NCBI RefSeq assembly: GCF_026210795.1
Contig: NC_089430.1
Span: 3,224,001 to 3,288,000, forward strand
Origin: Rhizophagus irregularis
Lineage: Eukaryota
Direction of reading: 5' to 3'
DNA: 64,000 nucleotides
Shown: in pieces, positions 63,176 through 64,000 of the stretch
How positions within the stretch are numbered: position 1 is the stretch's first letter
Layout of the letters: every line of letters begins with the position of its first letter
Position numbers and translations under genes: made by a program
Notes under the pieces: model-generated
Told to the model about the DNA's origin: nothing
Database searches by the model: none
Seen by the model: only the letters and a program-made list of their open reading frames with translations

Positions 63176-64000
63176 AAAAAAAATTTGTAATTAGTAATTA
63201 AAGTATAAAAAATTTCAAAATAAAATACACAATTACCTTTTAACTTGCTCTATTTATCGTATATAAAAAATTTTAAAAAACTTTTTTTAAGTTAAATAAA
63301 TTTCTAACAGTTAATAAAATTAAAAAAAAATGAGTTATTTTACTACAAAAAATTTTAAAATACTTTATTTAGTTATAATTTGAAGTTTTAAATTACTTAC
63401 TGTATTTAACATGCAAAATATCTCTCACTTTTCTTTATTTTTTACAAAAAAATACACCAACTTCAAGTTGAGATCCACCTCAAAAAACAAAAGTTATTTG
63501 AAAAATTTTTTCGATATACTCTTAAAAGCCGTTAATAAGTATTATTTTATATATTTAGTTTAAGGGGTTATATTATTTAAATGTTGTGTTACATTTGACC
63601 TGTATTTTTTCGATTTTAACCAAATTTAGGCTGGCATTATAAAATTGGTCAGAATTAAGAAGATTTTGGCCAGAATTAAGAATTCGAAGATCATCAATTT
63701 AACCAATTAGAATAATTTTAGCCGATTTTGATCTACATACATATACTATATATTTAATGACTATGTCGCACTATAATTTTTAATATGACTATCATAATAA
63801 AAAAAATTTGCCCCCTAATTTTATTACATGCGCAGTGATTGATATATATTTCATTAGGCAATATCCCAATATGGCGTCGTAATAAACAGGATGCAAAGCA
63901 ACTTTTGGGATATTTACCAATTTTAGAAGCTGCAAATAAAGATCTGGTTCGTGATACCTTTCATAAATCTTTACGTCATTTACTAGAACCAATTATTTTA

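Larger units (their letters stand above)
56419..63841. mobile_element. Academ-like DNA transposon, 7.4 kb, short TIRs, ATAT (or TA) TSD
   Basis: Left CAATCGCTGCGCATGTAATA; reverse complement of right CAATCACTGCGCATGTAATA. Removing the element and one ATAT restores the Plavaka frame HPIYISLG. Confidence 0.85.
55388..64000 (+). pseudogene. Plavaka transposase (N-terminal C2H2 finger), exons 55388-56418, resuming at 63842 and running off the window
   Basis: FKCPLCMRIF..YTQHAQKC; EFPNDAYKDLM; YSEQNTGKWW...SIILYSDATTTDTLGKSQLHP|IYISLGNIPIWRRNKQDAKQLLGYLP..FHKSLRHLLEP, rejoined after removing 56419-63841. Confidence 0.88.

Noticed and set aside
62604..63194. Three overlapping hydrophobic ORFs
   Set aside because: Translation artefacts of a pyrimidine-rich minisatellite.

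Overview
Very AT-rich eukaryotic DNA with short GT-AG introns, made almost entirely of nested transposable elements. The TE mix and intron style suggest an arbuscular mycorrhizal fungus (Glomeromycota, Rhizophagus-like); this is inference. No housekeeping gene, rRNA, tRNA or CRISPR array was recognised. From left to right: (1) a degraded CACTA/En-Spm transposase locus with a divergent accessory gene and a Myb/SANT gene, each of the latter two genes' neighbourhoods hit by MITEs; (2) a ZNF862-like hAT pseudogene; (3) an almost intact 3.5-kb IS630/Tc1 (DD34E) element carrying a second, convergent Cys-rich/SAM-domain gene inside its TIRs; (4) a P-element/THAP9-like transposase fragment; (5) a nest of a CATCAGG...CACACCCG(C)TG element with a Myb gene, containing a Zator-like element, containing a Sola-like element with FYR-like domains; (6) several MITEs; (7) a 14.9-kb head-to-tail array of three RNase H-containing LINEs inserted into the last bases of a CACTG-MITE TIR at a motif identical to the LINE's own 3' end; (8) a second CACTA transposase remnant; (9) a Plavaka transposase split by a 7.4-kb Academ-like element, whose ~1150-aa ORF (homeodomain-like C-terminus) is split by another CACTG MITE. 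Family assignments come from motif recognition by eye, not database searches.
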